64,000 nucleotides of DNA from Phaeosaccion multiseriatum (lineage: Eukaryota > Protista > Ochrophyta, other classes): contig OZ218951.1 in assembly GCA_965112735.1 (NCBI GenBank), forward strand, positions 434,001 to 498,000, written 5' to 3'. Positions within the stretch are counted from its first letter, which is position 1. Each line of letters starts with the position of its first letter. Positions 1-9,409 of the stretch are shown one piece after another. The position numbers and the translations under genes were made by a program. Under the pieces are notes generated by a model that searched no databases, was not told the DNA's origin, and saw only the letters and a list, made by a program, of their open reading frames with translations.

Positions 1-3
1 GAG

Positions 4-267
4 ATGGACAGACTGCAGGCCCAAGATGGCACCACCCAAGACGATATCGATAACTTGACTCGCGTCCAAAGGAGTGTCTGGGACAAGTTCAATGCTGGGG
101 TGAAGCGTTTCTTCCAAGGGTATGAATTACTGGAAAGTTCCCCCGAGGCTTTGAGCCTCGATGACCTACTGAATCGAACACAGGATTCTGTACCGCTTCC
201 AGGAGACCCCGCCAGTCCAGGAGCCGACAGCATATTTGGTAGCGCACTGGATGACGAAAACGAGTAG
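4..267 (+). CDS. Hypothetical viral protein, probably the C-terminal part of a gene starting upstream of the window
   Basis: Open frame at the window edge, convergent with the A32 gene; no recognisable motif. Confidence 0.45.
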   Translation: MDRLQAQDGTTQDDIDNLTRVQRSVWDKFNAGVKRFFQGYELLESSPEALSLDDLLNRTQDSVPLPGDPASPGADSIFGSALDDENE

Positions 268-292
268 ATTCGGCGCGTGACCTCCTTCCCTC

Positions 293-1189
293 TCAGCTCG
301 AGGACCTCCTATTTTTCTTAACTCTCACATCAATCTTTCTCTTTGGTTTGAAGTAGTTCTCCTGTTTTGCTCGCGTCGTTTCGGGTGTAGTCCGTGCGCC
401 CCTGTTCCAGAAGTGGGGTTGGTTCATTCGAAAGTTCTTTGGAGGAGGAGCCTTGTACCAAAAGACCTGGTCTTGGAAGTTATTGGAGCGAGAAGTATTG
501 TCCACGACCAGGCAATGGTAGTCCTCAGTACACTGATCCAGTACAGCACAGAAAACTTCAAACGTCGGAAACATGCCCGCATAGTTGTCGAAAATGCGCC
601 TACGGTTGGAAAGGTTGGTTTCCCGCAGGATAAAGGTGAAGTCCACGTTCGTTCGGAGATTGGGTGGGATTCCCAATGGGTATTGCATTGTGATAATGAA
701 GAGCATTTTCATGTGCCGGCCATTCATAAAGATTGTACGGACGCTCCTCTCTTTGGTCCACGAAGCGTCGTCCAGACAATCATCGAGAACTACGACCGTT
801 CGCGGATCAATCTTTGACATGATGGGTGCATTTTTTTGCATCTGGGCTCCTTTGGGTTTGCCTTCGACCTCCTGGGCCTCTTTCTTCTGTTGCACCATCA
901 GTTTGGTAATCCTCTTCTGTCGTTTCAGCACGTCCCCCATGAGCTCTTTGCTGTATTCGTAGTGGATAAAGATGCTGGGTACAAAATCGCCGAAAAACTC
1001 GTTCACCTCTTCCGTTCCTGATATGATGGTGCTGACAGGAATGGTCTGATGGTGGGAAAGCAGGTCCTTTACCAGATAGGACTTGCCTGTCCGGCGCTTA
1101 CCAATGAACACCACGACATTGTCATCCTTGATGTTTTCCATCGAGAACTCATTGATGTTCAAAGGCACGGGTCTAGTACTACTACCCAT
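293..1189 (-). CDS. A32-like virion packaging ATPase (NCLDV core gene)
   Basis: Walker A VFIGKRRTGKS, ISGTEE, Walker B VVLDDCL, IFMNGRH and ITMQYPLGIPPNLRTNVDF, all typical of giant-virus A32 ATPases. Confidence 0.95.
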   Translation of the reverse strand: MGSSTRPVPLNINEFSMENIKDDNVVVFIGKRRTGKSYLVKDLLSHHQTIPVSTIISGTEEVNEFFGDFVPSIFIHYEYSKELMGDVLKRQKRITKLMVQQKKEAQEVEGKPKGAQMQKNAPIMSKIDPRTVVVLDDCLDDASWTKERSVRTIFMNGRHMKMLFIITMQYPLGIPPNLRTNVDFTFILRETNLSNRRRIFDNYAGMFPTFEVFCAVLDQCTEDYHCLVVDNTSRSNNFQDQVFWYKAPPPKNFRMNQPHFWNRGARTTPETTRAKQENYFKPKRKIDVRVKKNRRSSS

Positions 1190-1339
1190 GATATACCTCT
1201 CGAATTAACTACTACTTTTAGCCAACATTATAAAAAAAAAGCGTTCGGGTCGCGCATTGCGAGATGAATGAAGTTGCGTGACCTCGGTGAAGGTGTCGTG
1301 ATTGTCGGCTGAATGAACCAGAAGGTTGGGTACAGGCAA

Positions 1340-1642
1340 CTAAGCTTTCTGTGTGATTGCGACGTGTTTCTTCAGAGCTGTGTACCCTCCCAGAAAAGAT
1401 TCTCGGTGGAAAATCATCGGGAACTGAGTAGCGCCTGTCTTGGTGAGAAGATCGTCATACGCCTCGTCAAAGCCTGGATCGTCGACGTAGTTCGATACGT
1501 TCACGACGTGTACGTCAAGAATCCCTTCCCTGTCCAGAAACCTCTTGGCCTTGTCACAAAAGCTGCACCCATCGCGAGAAACGATGGTGTAGGTATGTGT
1601 GCCCAGATGCGCGAGCCACGTTGGAAAAGGCGAATTAATCAT
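1340..1642 (-). CDS. Glutaredoxin-like protein
   Basis: CSFC dithiol motif followed by TQFPMIF and FLGGY, the glutaredoxin fold signature. Confidence 0.8.
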   Translation of the reverse strand: MINSPFPTWLAHLGTHTYTIVSRDGCSFCDKAKRFLDREGILDVHVVNVSNYVDDPGFDEAYDDLLTKTGATQFPMIFHRESFLGGYTALKKHVAITQKA

Positions 1643-1717
1643 GCTGTTCGCATTGACCTGTACGCCTATAATTCATCTTCCATTTTAAACGCCTTGGTTC
1701 GCATCGATTGGTCTTTT

Positions 1718-1787
1718 TCCTTGAGCTCGCTCGTCTTCCTTGAGCTCGCTCGTCCTCCTTGAGCTCGCTCGTCTTCCTTGAGCTCGC
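1718..1787. repeat. 19-bp tandem repeat (TCCTTGAGCTCGCTCGTCY), about 3.6 copies
   Basis: Read directly; lies between the divergent glutaredoxin and thioredoxin genes. Confidence 0.85.
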
Positions 1788-1858
1788 GGCTGATCTAACT
1801 TGGTGCGCTTTTTTTTCTCGCCTATACTCAAAGCGAAGGAGCAGAGGATACATACAGG

Positions 1859-2245
1859 ATGGTAAGAGGGGCTCTATCGCTGAGCCTTTTGATGATAGGA
1901 GTGTTGCTGGCCTTGTGGCTCTTGCGCAGCAAGATGAGGTCCAAGGAGAAGTTTCAGGACCATCAGATGAAGGTCGAGTTGTTCAAAGCAGAATGGTGCA
2001 GTCATTGTGTAGCTTTGGTGCCAGAATTCGAGAAGTTCGAAAAGGAAGTGCGGGCTAAGAGTTTACCGGTAGGGGTTCACATCTACGACGAAAGTGTAGA
2101 AGAGCACGAACAGAAGTTTGTGGATAACGGTGTCCAGAGTTTCCCTTACATCCTCTTTACTGACAAGACCGGTGCCAAGGTACCATATGAAGGTCCTCGT
2201 ACTTCGGAGGGAATCATGGCGAAGCTGAATGACATTCTTGTTTGA
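1859..2245 (+). CDS. Thioredoxin/PDI-like protein with N-terminal membrane anchor
   Basis: Hydrophobic N-terminus, FKAEWCSHC, GVQSFPYI and YEGPRT. Confidence 0.85.
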   Translation: MVRGALSLSLLMIGVLLALWLLRSKMRSKEKFQDHQMKVELFKAEWCSHCVALVPEFEKFEKEVRAKSLPVGVHIYDESVEEHEQKFVDNGVQSFPYILFTDKTGAKVPYEGPRTSEGIMAKLNDILV

Positions 2246-2356
2246 GACACGAATGTCTCAGTCGCCTCCAAACGTCTACGTGTTCCGCACAATTCGTAGT
2301 GTTTCGTACCAGCAGCCACTGCGAAGTTTGGGCTACGTGCAATTCGTTGACAAGTA

Positions 2357-3451
2357 TTATTTCTGGACATACTTGAACACCTCCAAATAGTTCGCCATAA
2401 ACAGCGAGTCCTTTGTCAGAGACAAACCGAGGGACTTGTAGGTGTCGTACGCCACATCGAACTTCTCTTTGCAGGCGACGTATTCCTTGGCTCGAAAATG
2501 TAGGAGAGCCTGTAGCACGATGAAGTCGACATTCCTCTCGCGTTGCTCCCGAGAAGCCAGAAGGTCCTTTCCCATAAAGGACGATGTAGTAGTGCGTGCC
2601 CCCTCAGTCTCGCCGAGGTCTGCATCGATTGTCACGTTCTTCTCCTTCTCAGTCTTCGAGCCTCCTTGCTCGTCGCCCATTTTGATCTCGTCGTTCACCT
2701 GTTGCGGTCCTCGTGAAAGGCCGTCAATACCATCCAGGGCTGCTTTCAGCTTCTTCCATTCACTGCTGAGGATTGGGCTGTTGTCCACGTGAGTACTACT
2801 TTTCGTGAAGCCGTGCTTGGATCCCTCGAGGACGACCTCCTGCTGGGTTTGCATGGGACCGAGTGCACTTGCTTCCATCTCGATTAGATAGGAAATGTGA
2901 ATGGCTGTGTGATACAGAATGGGGATGAACTTGCTGGAGAGGTGGTGAGTGCCTTCTTGCTTGATGAGGTAAGCCCCTGTGGATAGAATGGGTAGCTTCA
3001 GATCGATGAGTACGGGGTGATTCGTGTCGGATGGAATGGGAGGACCTGGATTCGAGAGAAAGCATATGTTGGACGTCCTCTCCGCCTGGAACAGAGACAA
3101 TGTCTGAAGCAGGTCATCCCAGGAGGGAATCGAGCAGTCGTCCTCGAGAACAAGGAAGGCAGACTCTTCTGGGTACTGTTTCTTGATCCGCTGTAAGACA
3201 GAGTAGTGCTTCAGGCACTTTGATATTTCCGGAACAGCATGGTTTCGCAAAAGAGGATTGTACTTCGTGCCGACGGGATCATCATGCTTCTGCAGCGCGG
3301 TGAGCGATTTGATCTTCTGCAAGTCCAGACTGGAGGACATGTAGTCTGTGATTACGTCCACGCCGATCGCGTTCGACTGCAGAAGGTTCTGCAGCTTCTC
3401 AGTGTTCTCTTGCCTTCTCGGCAGCTTGTCTGAAAGGATGAAGGCTCGCAT
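2357..3451 (-). CDS. Glycosyltransferase family 25-like protein
   Basis: EISKCLKH...FLVLEDD and STGAYLI resemble the GT25 motifs (E-x-x-C-x-x-S/K-H, LILEDD). Confidence 0.6.
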   Translation of the reverse strand: MRAFILSDKLPRRQENTEKLQNLLQSNAIGVDVITDYMSSSLDLQKIKSLTALQKHDDPVGTKYNPLLRNHAVPEISKCLKHYSVLQRIKKQYPEESAFLVLEDDCSIPSWDDLLQTLSLFQAERTSNICFLSNPGPPIPSDTNHPVLIDLKLPILSTGAYLIKQEGTHHLSSKFIPILYHTAIHISYLIEMEASALGPMQTQQEVVLEGSKHGFTKSSTHVDNSPILSSEWKKLKAALDGIDGLSRGPQQVNDEIKMGDEQGGSKTEKEKNVTIDADLGETEGARTTTSSFMGKDLLASREQRERNVDFIVLQALLHFRAKEYVACKEKFDVAYDTYKSLGLSLTKDSLFMANYLEVFKYVQK

Positions 3452-3759
3452 GGCTCGTGAGTGGAGAGTGTTTGTGGTGCGCTTTCCTTCTTCTCCGGAC
3501 CGCTCAATCGACCTCAGTCACTTGAAAAATTATTATGGAATCGAGTGGTCGAAGCAGACAGAGAGGGGTGTTTCGATTGAAAAGAATCAGTACGGTGATG
3601 GTCTTGGAAAGGCTGGAGGACTGCCTAACAAGCAAGGTCAATTAAAAAGGAACAGGGGTGGGGAGGGAGGCGAAGGCTATCATTGCATACATCGAGCGAG
3701 GCATATTGGCATCTTTTTTTTCTCTCGACATCATAAATCGTATTCCGGCGCAGACAGTG

Positions 3760-4137
3760 ATGATATCCTTCTGCGAGTCTTGCGACAACCGCATGTATAT
3801 GTCGTTCGTGGATGGAGAGCTGTATCAGAAGTGCTTCAACTGCAACTCTGCAGTCCCACAGGAGCCTCCTCCTGGTTCCGAAGCGGGCAATGTGAGTGTG
3901 CTCGTGCACGAAACGAATTACGTAGCAAAGAAGACGGTCCACGACCTAAAGGACCTTATGAGCAAACACGTCAAGTACGACAACAAGGTCCCCCGGATCA
4001 ACACGATTCTCTGCACGAACAAGAAGTGTTCGAAGGCAGTGGGCGAGGACAACGAAGTGGTATTCATCAAGCACGATCCACAGGCGATGGGGTACGTGTA
4101 CATTTGCGTACACTGCGATCACGTGTGGGTCCTGTAG
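3760..4137 (+). CDS. DNA-directed RNA polymerase subunit RPB9/RpoM-like (viral)
   Basis: Two zinc ribbons: FCESCDNRMY...CFNC and PRINTILCTNKKC...YVYICVHCDHVW. Start set at the ATG at 3760 rather than the track's 3658. Confidence 0.85.
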   Translation: MISFCESCDNRMYMSFVDGELYQKCFNCNSAVPQEPPPGSEAGNVSVLVHETNYVAKKTVHDLKDLMSKHVKYDNKVPRINTILCTNKKCSKAVGEDNEVVFIKHDPQAMGYVYICVHCDHVWVL

Positions 4138-4231
4138 GTATGTATGTGGGTCCTGTATGTAGGGTATGTATGTGTCTATTGAGTAGCCCTTGCGACCGCG
4201 TACGGGTCCAGTAGGAGACTCGTCTCTGACC

Positions 4232-4774
4232 CTATACCTCGAGAGCTTCGATATCGAAGTAGGCAATAATCTTGTCAAGTTTCGCGTTCATCTCTTCGAC
4301 GGACGGCTTCTTCTTTTTGAGTTCACTCGGCGTGGTGCGAGACGCCGGTTTGGGGCTATTCCCTTTCCTTTGACCCTCACCCTTGCCTGCTGCACCAGCT
4401 GCGCCAGGCCTGTTGAGACCGCTCATTCCGCTCATTCCGCTCATTCCGCTCATTCCGCTCATTCCGCTCATTCCGCTCATACCACCCATCATACCGTCCA
4501 TATCGACATCCCCGTCAGCATCCACGCCAGTACCTACTTCCTCATCATCCTCGTCCTCGTCTTCGTCTTCGTCCTCGTCCTCGTCCTCGTCCTCGTCTCC
4601 ACCATCATCGTCGTCGCCCTCTTGGGGGTTTGTGTCTGAGACGTCCATATCAATCTGATCGTCTTCCTCTGAGAAGCGTTCCTTTGAGGTCGTTCCTCGG
4701 CGACGACGCATCGCAAGGAAGATACAGAGTGCAAGCACTAGAGCACTTGCCGCGAATAGAACTTTGCCTCTCAT
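4232..4774 (-). CDS. Small membrane-anchored protein with acidic tract and (MSG)n repeat
   Basis: ATG at 4774 gives MRGKVLFAASALVLALCIFLAM (TM)...KERF, then a poly-DE tract and the 9-bp repeat at about 4420-4480. Confidence 0.65.
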   Translation of the reverse strand: MRGKVLFAASALVLALCIFLAMRRRRGTTSKERFSEEDDQIDMDVSDTNPQEGDDDDGGDEDEDEDEDEDEDEDEDDEEVGTGVDADGDVDMDGMMGGMSGMSGMSGMSGMSGMSGMSGLNRPGAAGAAGKGEGQRKGNSPKPASRTTPSELKKKKPSVEEMNAKLDKIIAYFDIEALEV

Positions 4775-4798
4775 TTTAAATATGAAGTAGATTATAAA

Positions 4799-5596
4799 AT
4801 GCGTTGCCAAACCATTCAGCTTCTCGCTAAGTATGAAGACGTAATCTTCAAGTCCTTTGATTACCTGCACGTGCCCTACATTACAACAGATAAGACGAAA
4901 TGCCTGAACACGGCTTTGCTGTTCATCTTGCTCCTGACAGGGACCACTGGCTTTCAGACGGTATGCGAATGCAATGTTCACGCGATGCGCCGAAGACGAC
5001 ACACACGAAAGAACAGCATACGTATGTTTGAGGCGTTCGAAAGAGACATCGTGCAGTCGTTCGACCCTTCTGAAGCTTCTGGAGATTCTCCTTTGCTCTA
5101 CTTTGTCATGCTGACGGACGCAAACGACGTGGGCACATCAAAATACTTTCCCGGACACGTTTTCATAATCCAACGTACCGAAACGAATGAGTGGTATATT
5201 TACCAATCCTATGTCTCGAAGTACTCGTTTGACGAATACCGGAAGGAGATGGGCTTCAAAGTTACCAAAACGCGCGTGGACAACATTGTGCACGGGTTGG
5301 GAAAGTTCCTAACAGAAGATAAGACGTTGGAAGCAGCGGACCTCCAGATTCTGAAACAACTCACGAATGTATCCCATAGCCAGTACCTGGGCTTTGATAA
5401 CAAGGATCTGCAGTTCTGTTACAAAGCCGTTCCACCGGCGACCTGTCGCAAGCATCTGAACAAGTTTTGCAACGATGCGATCACGTCCTTCATAGCCAAT
5501 GACTTCATAGAGGCGTCGTTGCGCACCAACCTTGTGCAGGAGTTCAAGAAAATGAGGGATTCCATCTCAAACGAGGCCGTGAGTTGTCCGACGTGA
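4799..5596 (+). CDS. Hypothetical protein, possible papain-fold Cys-His-Gln enzyme
   Basis: Intact 265-aa ORF with motifs KCLNTA, FPGHVFII and WYIYQSY. Confidence 0.7.
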   Translation: MRCQTIQLLAKYEDVIFKSFDYLHVPYITTDKTKCLNTALLFILLLTGTTGFQTVCECNVHAMRRRRHTRKNSIRMFEAFERDIVQSFDPSEASGDSPLLYFVMLTDANDVGTSKYFPGHVFIIQRTETNEWYIYQSYVSKYSFDEYRKEMGFKVTKTRVDNIVHGLGKFLTEDKTLEAADLQILKQLTNVSHSQYLGFDNKDLQFCYKAVPPATCRKHLNKFCNDAITSFIANDFIEASLRTNLVQEFKKMRDSISNEAVSCPT

Positions 5597-5645
5597 GGAC
5601 GTACGTGTGCCATGTCTGAAGGACCCGACCCGAACAGCATTCACG

Positions 5646-6989
5646 TTACATATCAAGTGTTCGGCGATTCGCTTGGGTTTTTCGTACGCCGTTCGATGGA
5701 GGGGCATTGCCAGAAATGCTGGACGTATCCGGCAGCTCAGAAATGTTACTGTCCGTGTCGTCAGTAAGGACCGAAGCAGTGTCGAAGTTGGACTTCATGT
5801 TGAGTCGCGCCATGACATCGTCCATGTCTGAAGGACCGGACATGCTGCTACTGCTAGGTGCCGGCGCAGCGGCGGACGAGGACAGTAGTCCTTGTGGTGC
5901 GGAGGGAACGGGTGGAGAGAAGGTGCTTCGCCTTTGCTGCTGGGTTAGGTTCTCTTTGGCCTGATTGAACATTGGGGTAATGTTCGGGTTCTGCATGTTA
6001 ATGGCGGTGTTCGTAAACTCGCGCATAAGACTGGGGTTCTGCTTGAACACTGCGTTCACGTCCGGCGTCAAGTTGCCGAGCATCTGGTTGGACATGTGGA
6101 AGAAGAATGCGGACCCAGAAACACTGAGTAAGAGGTTGATCTCGGGGGCCATCTTTCCTTTGCCACTGTACTTCTCGAACAACTCCTCGAAGATGTCGTC
6201 GTACCCTTCGACCTCGTCTGTGAATGCATCGGACCACCCGTCCAGCTTGATGGAAAACGGGTCCCATCGATGGTTTGCATACTCCAACCCTGCGGCGAAA
6301 GTAGTTAGTACCTTCCTCTGGAATAGGATACCATTGTCCACCTTCTTGTCGTGGAGCATCCTGTCATAGTCGGACCTCATATCGTCTAGGTTACTGCTCG
6401 TCGTGTAGTCAGGAACATGGTACCCCTTCTTCTTGAGTCGTTCGAACTGGTACAGAAGTCGCTTCTTCTCCTTCATTCCGTCCTCGTAGGTATGGTACTG
6501 CATGTCTACTGCAGCGCTGCGATTGTACACAGCCTGCTCATGATGAACGGCTTCGTGCTCACTGTTCCCATCGCTTTCACTATCATCATCTCTGCTCATT
6601 TCAATCTCTTCGCTAGGTGTATCATCCACAGCTGCGGGAGAAGATGTGGGAGCACTTTTCTTACTCGTGACATTCTTCGTCTTTGCCTTCGAAGTTGGTT
6701 TTGTGACCGTGCTCGACTTCGAAACAGGCGTCGGACGCAGAGGAGCCGGTAGGTTCTGGTGACTGATATCGACGGACTCTATGCTGCTCGTATCACTCAT
6801 ATCCCCATCCTCCTCGCGATCATCTTGTCCAATCTGGCTCACATCAGATCCGTGTCCCGCGACTGTATTGTACACTCCGTCAAGCTCAGAAATGGTGTAA
6901 CTCTCCTCGCCCATCGTATTTTTATACATTTCCACATTAAATTTCGTGTTAACCAAACGCGACGATACAGACATGGACGTACGACGCAT
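5646..6989 (-). CDS. Conserved giant-virus protein (DUF5767-like)
   Basis: EKKRLLYQFERL...LEYANHRWDPFSIKLDGWS...YDDIFEELFEKY...MAPEINLLLSVSGSAFFFHMSN is a block I recognise from NCLDV hypothetical proteins. Start codon uncertain. Confidence 0.75.
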   Translation of the reverse strand: MRRTSMSVSSRLVNTKFNVEMYKNTMGEESYTISELDGVYNTVAGHGSDVSQIGQDDREEDGDMSDTSSIESVDISHQNLPAPLRPTPVSKSSTVTKPTSKAKTKNVTSKKSAPTSSPAAVDDTPSEEIEMSRDDDSESDGNSEHEAVHHEQAVYNRSAAVDMQYHTYEDGMKEKKRLLYQFERLKKKGYHVPDYTTSSNLDDMRSDYDRMLHDKKVDNGILFQRKVLTTFAAGLEYANHRWDPFSIKLDGWSDAFTDEVEGYDDIFEELFEKYSGKGKMAPEINLLLSVSGSAFFFHMSNQMLGNLTPDVNAVFKQNPSLMREFTNTAINMQNPNITPMFNQAKENLTQQQRRSTFSPPVPSAPQGLLSSSAAAPAPSSSSMSGPSDMDDVMARLNMKSNFDTASVLTDDTDSNISELPDTSSISGNAPPSNGVRKTQANRRTLDM

Positions 6990-7021
6990 GCCGCAGGTGC
7001 TTACGTATTCGACCGAATGCT

Positions 7022-7309
7022 TTAGATCAAGGAATGGAGTGCGAAAGGGAGAGCATAGATGGCAATCATTCCCCAGGCGAGAAGCATGCACCACTTGCCG
7101 CTTGCCCCTCCGACGAGGCAATTGACATTCAGCGTCCACGCAGAGACAATGGCCGACACCAAAAGTGCGTATATTACGAATACGCTAAGTTCTTGCCCCA
7201 GAGAAAGCTTGGGATCCTTCTCCTCCTCCGGTTGGGTAATGTACCTCACATACTGCGCGACAAAGCCAAAAGTGAGTAGGGAAATGATAATCTTCACTTC
7301 CTGTTTCAT
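7022..7309 (-). CDS. Small two/three-TM viral membrane protein
   Basis: Hydrophobic segments and an NVNCLVGG...CMLLAW motif like that of small NCLDV membrane proteins. Confidence 0.6.
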   Translation of the reverse strand: MKQEVKIIISLLTFGFVAQYVRYITQPEEEKDPKLSLGQELSVFVIYALLVSAIVSAWTLNVNCLVGGASGKWCMLLAWGMIAIYALPFALHSLI

Positions 7310-7391
7310 GGTAGTATGTGGTGTTGCGAAATGAGTAGCGATCGTACGTGTTTACACTATCGTTACATTTTTTTTCAATCCTTCGGTACTA

Positions 7392-7712
7392 CTACTCTCC
7401 TTTCTCCTTCTTCTCCATGAGAGGTACCTTTGGGGTGATGTACGTGTGCATCAGAGACTCGCCTATCTCTGCAGAGGCATTGTACTGGGTTATCTCATTC
7501 TTTTCGATCCTTTCGAGCATGTTCAGCATGCTGTCGAGCCTTTGCACGTCGAAGTTCTTTTCGCTCCGCATCGCGGACCACAAGTTGGTGAAGTCCTTCT
7601 CCATGATGGCCTTGGCTTCCGTTTGTCCTGCAAGGGCATTCATCATTAGCTGCTTGATCTCCTTCGAGTCACGATACGGCTTTGTTTGCTCTGTTTCCTC
7701 TCTCTGCTCCAT
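7392..7712 (-). CDS. Conserved giant-virus hypothetical protein
   Basis: MLERIEKNEITQYNASAEIGESLMHTYITP resembles a widespread NCLDV small-protein motif. ATG at 7712 follows an A-rich leader. Confidence 0.65.
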   Translation of the reverse strand: MEQREETEQTKPYRDSKEIKQLMMNALAGQTEAKAIMEKDFTNLWSAMRSEKNFDVQRLDSMLNMLERIEKNEITQYNASAEIGESLMHTYITPKVPLMEKKEKGE

Positions 7713-7887
7713 CTTCTTTTTTTGATACACTTTGATATATATTATCGCCTGAGCCAGACGCGAAACCCCTTTTCGATATGTATATACGATGGTGGTGCCG
7801 TTCGTTTGTGACGATCCCTCGTCAAGCGTAACGGTAAAGGAGAGCCCGAACACATATATTTCGTGTATCCGTACCTGTACTTTGGAC

Positions 7888-8760
7888 ATGGTGTACAGAA
7901 ACCTAGTGATTGCTGGGTCGCACATCCGATTCTTTGCGGTGATGGGAGCGCTAGCTCACTTGGAAGAGCAGGACATGATGCAGTACTTCACCTCGTTTCT
8001 AGGCGGGTCGAGTGGGTCCATTGTTGCTCTCATGGCAAATCTGGGTACTCCAGCAAAAAAGATGCAGGCCTTTGTCCAACATTACATGCAGCAGGAACGC
8101 ATTTTGCAACTTGATATTGACGAAGCCATGCGTTTCATGGAAACCTTCGGGTTTGACTCGGGTCAGAGAATTAGCGACCTGTGTGGTGAGATTCTAGCGC
8201 TTCATCACTGCAGCAAAGACATTACGTTCATGGAGCTGTACGCGGAGACGGGAAAGGAATTGGTCGTTACTGGTTCCAACCTGCAAACGCGACAGGTGTC
8301 TTACTTCAACTTCGAGACAGAACCGGACATGAAGGTCCGTGAAGCCATTCTGATCTCAACGTGCATACCTCTGCTATTCACTCCCAAAGTATATCGGGGC
8401 CAAGTGTATGTGGACAGCGTTGTATTCAACAATTTCCCACTGGAGTACTACTCGCGCGAAGCGAAGGAATGTACGCTTGGTATAAACGTATGCCATCCTC
8501 CCCCCGAGGAGCTAATTTCCGAGAAGCTTTCATTGCAGAGGTACATTCTGACAGTGTTGCAGGGACTCTTTGACACACAAACTCCCCTCAAGGAGACCCA
8601 TGTGTTGTCGCTTCGTGTAAACGAGAAGAGCTTTTTCTTTTCGATGAGCTCCCTTGGGATTCCCTTCGACAAGGACGCATTGGATTCGTTCTTTCAGCAA
8701 GGGTTCGAGCAATGCCAGGCTTTCTTTTGCAAGAGACACGCGCGCTCGGATGATTCGTAA
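7888..8760 (+). CDS. Patatin-like phospholipase (viral), with degenerate Gly loop and DGG motif
   Basis: GGSSGS nucleophile elbow, ITFMELY...GKELVVTGSNL, ISTCIPLLFTP and YVDSVVFNNFP. Confidence 0.85.
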   Translation: MVYRNLVIAGSHIRFFAVMGALAHLEEQDMMQYFTSFLGGSSGSIVALMANLGTPAKKMQAFVQHYMQQERILQLDIDEAMRFMETFGFDSGQRISDLCGEILALHHCSKDITFMELYAETGKELVVTGSNLQTRQVSYFNFETEPDMKVREAILISTCIPLLFTPKVYRGQVYVDSVVFNNFPLEYYSREAKECTLGINVCHPPPEELISEKLSLQRYILTVLQGLFDTQTPLKETHVLSLRVNEKSFFFSMSSLGIPFDKDALDSFFQQGFEQCQAFFCKRHARSDDS

Positions 8761-8878
8761 GCGCTCCTCCTTACTTCTCCTCACTCCTCATCCTTACTGC
8801 TCCTCCTCCTCCTGTTCGACGTCCTCTCTCTCGCTTTCTACTTGTCCTCCTCCTCTTTGACGTCCTCCTTACTCTTCC

Positions 8879-9409
8879 TTACTCCTCCTCCTCCTGTTCG
8901 ACGTCCTCCTGGTCTTCGACGTCCTCCTGGTCTTCGACGTCCTCCTGGTCTTCGACGTCCTCCTGGTCTTCGACGTCCTCCTGGTCTTCGACGTCCTCGC
9001 GGTACTGTTCGACCTCCTGATCGTCGTCATCGTCGTCCTCGTCGTCCTCGTCGTCCATTTCCCAAGTGGAAGACAGCTCTGCTTCACTTTCGCTGCTCTC
9101 CCCGTCATCTTCCTCCAATTCAGAGGACAGTAGTCCTCCCTCACTTTCGCTACTCTCCTCGCTATCTTCCTCCCAGTTGGAAGATAGTTCTGCCTCGCTA
9201 TCGCTCGTATCCTCAGCCTCTTCTGCATCCCAAGATTCACCTTCTTCTCCACCCTTTTTGCGCGATGCTGACTTTCTATTCTTCAGAATGAACTGCACAT
9301 GCGCGTCCTTGATATAGGAGTTATATGAGCGATACTGCTGACAGTACTGTACAAGGTCCTTCAGTGAGAGATTCGATAGCTCGTCACGCACAGCCTTCAC
9401 TCTAGTCAT
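8879..9409 (-). CDS. Acidic low-complexity protein with (EDVEDQ)n repeat
   Basis: 176-aa ORF; 18-bp tandem repeat at about 8895-9000 and three ESEAELSSxWE-type repeats. Confidence 0.55.
   Translation of the reverse strand: MTRVKAVRDELSNLSLKDLVQYCQQYRSYNSYIKDAHVQFILKNRKSASRKKGGEEGESWDAEEAEDTSDSEAELSSNWEEDSEESSESEGGLLSSELEEDDGESSESEAELSSTWEMDDEDDEDDDDDDQEVEQYREDVEDQEDVEDQEDVEDQEDVEDQEDVEDQEDVEQEEEE

Noticed and set aside
2243-2260. Mimivirus-type 3' hairpin (TGAGACA-CGAA-TGTCTCA) after the thioredoxin gene
   Set aside because: Only a 7-bp stem, and I could not find comparable hairpins consistently after other viral genes.
3450-3760. Mimivirus AAAATTGA early promoter
   Set aside because: A-rich stretches are present, but I found no exact, consistently positioned motif.
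3348-4214. 288-aa plus-strand ORF and many other long antisense or alternate-frame ORFs in the GC-rich host half
   Set aside because: They overlap better-supported genes and have no motifs; expected in GC-rich, low-complexity DNA.
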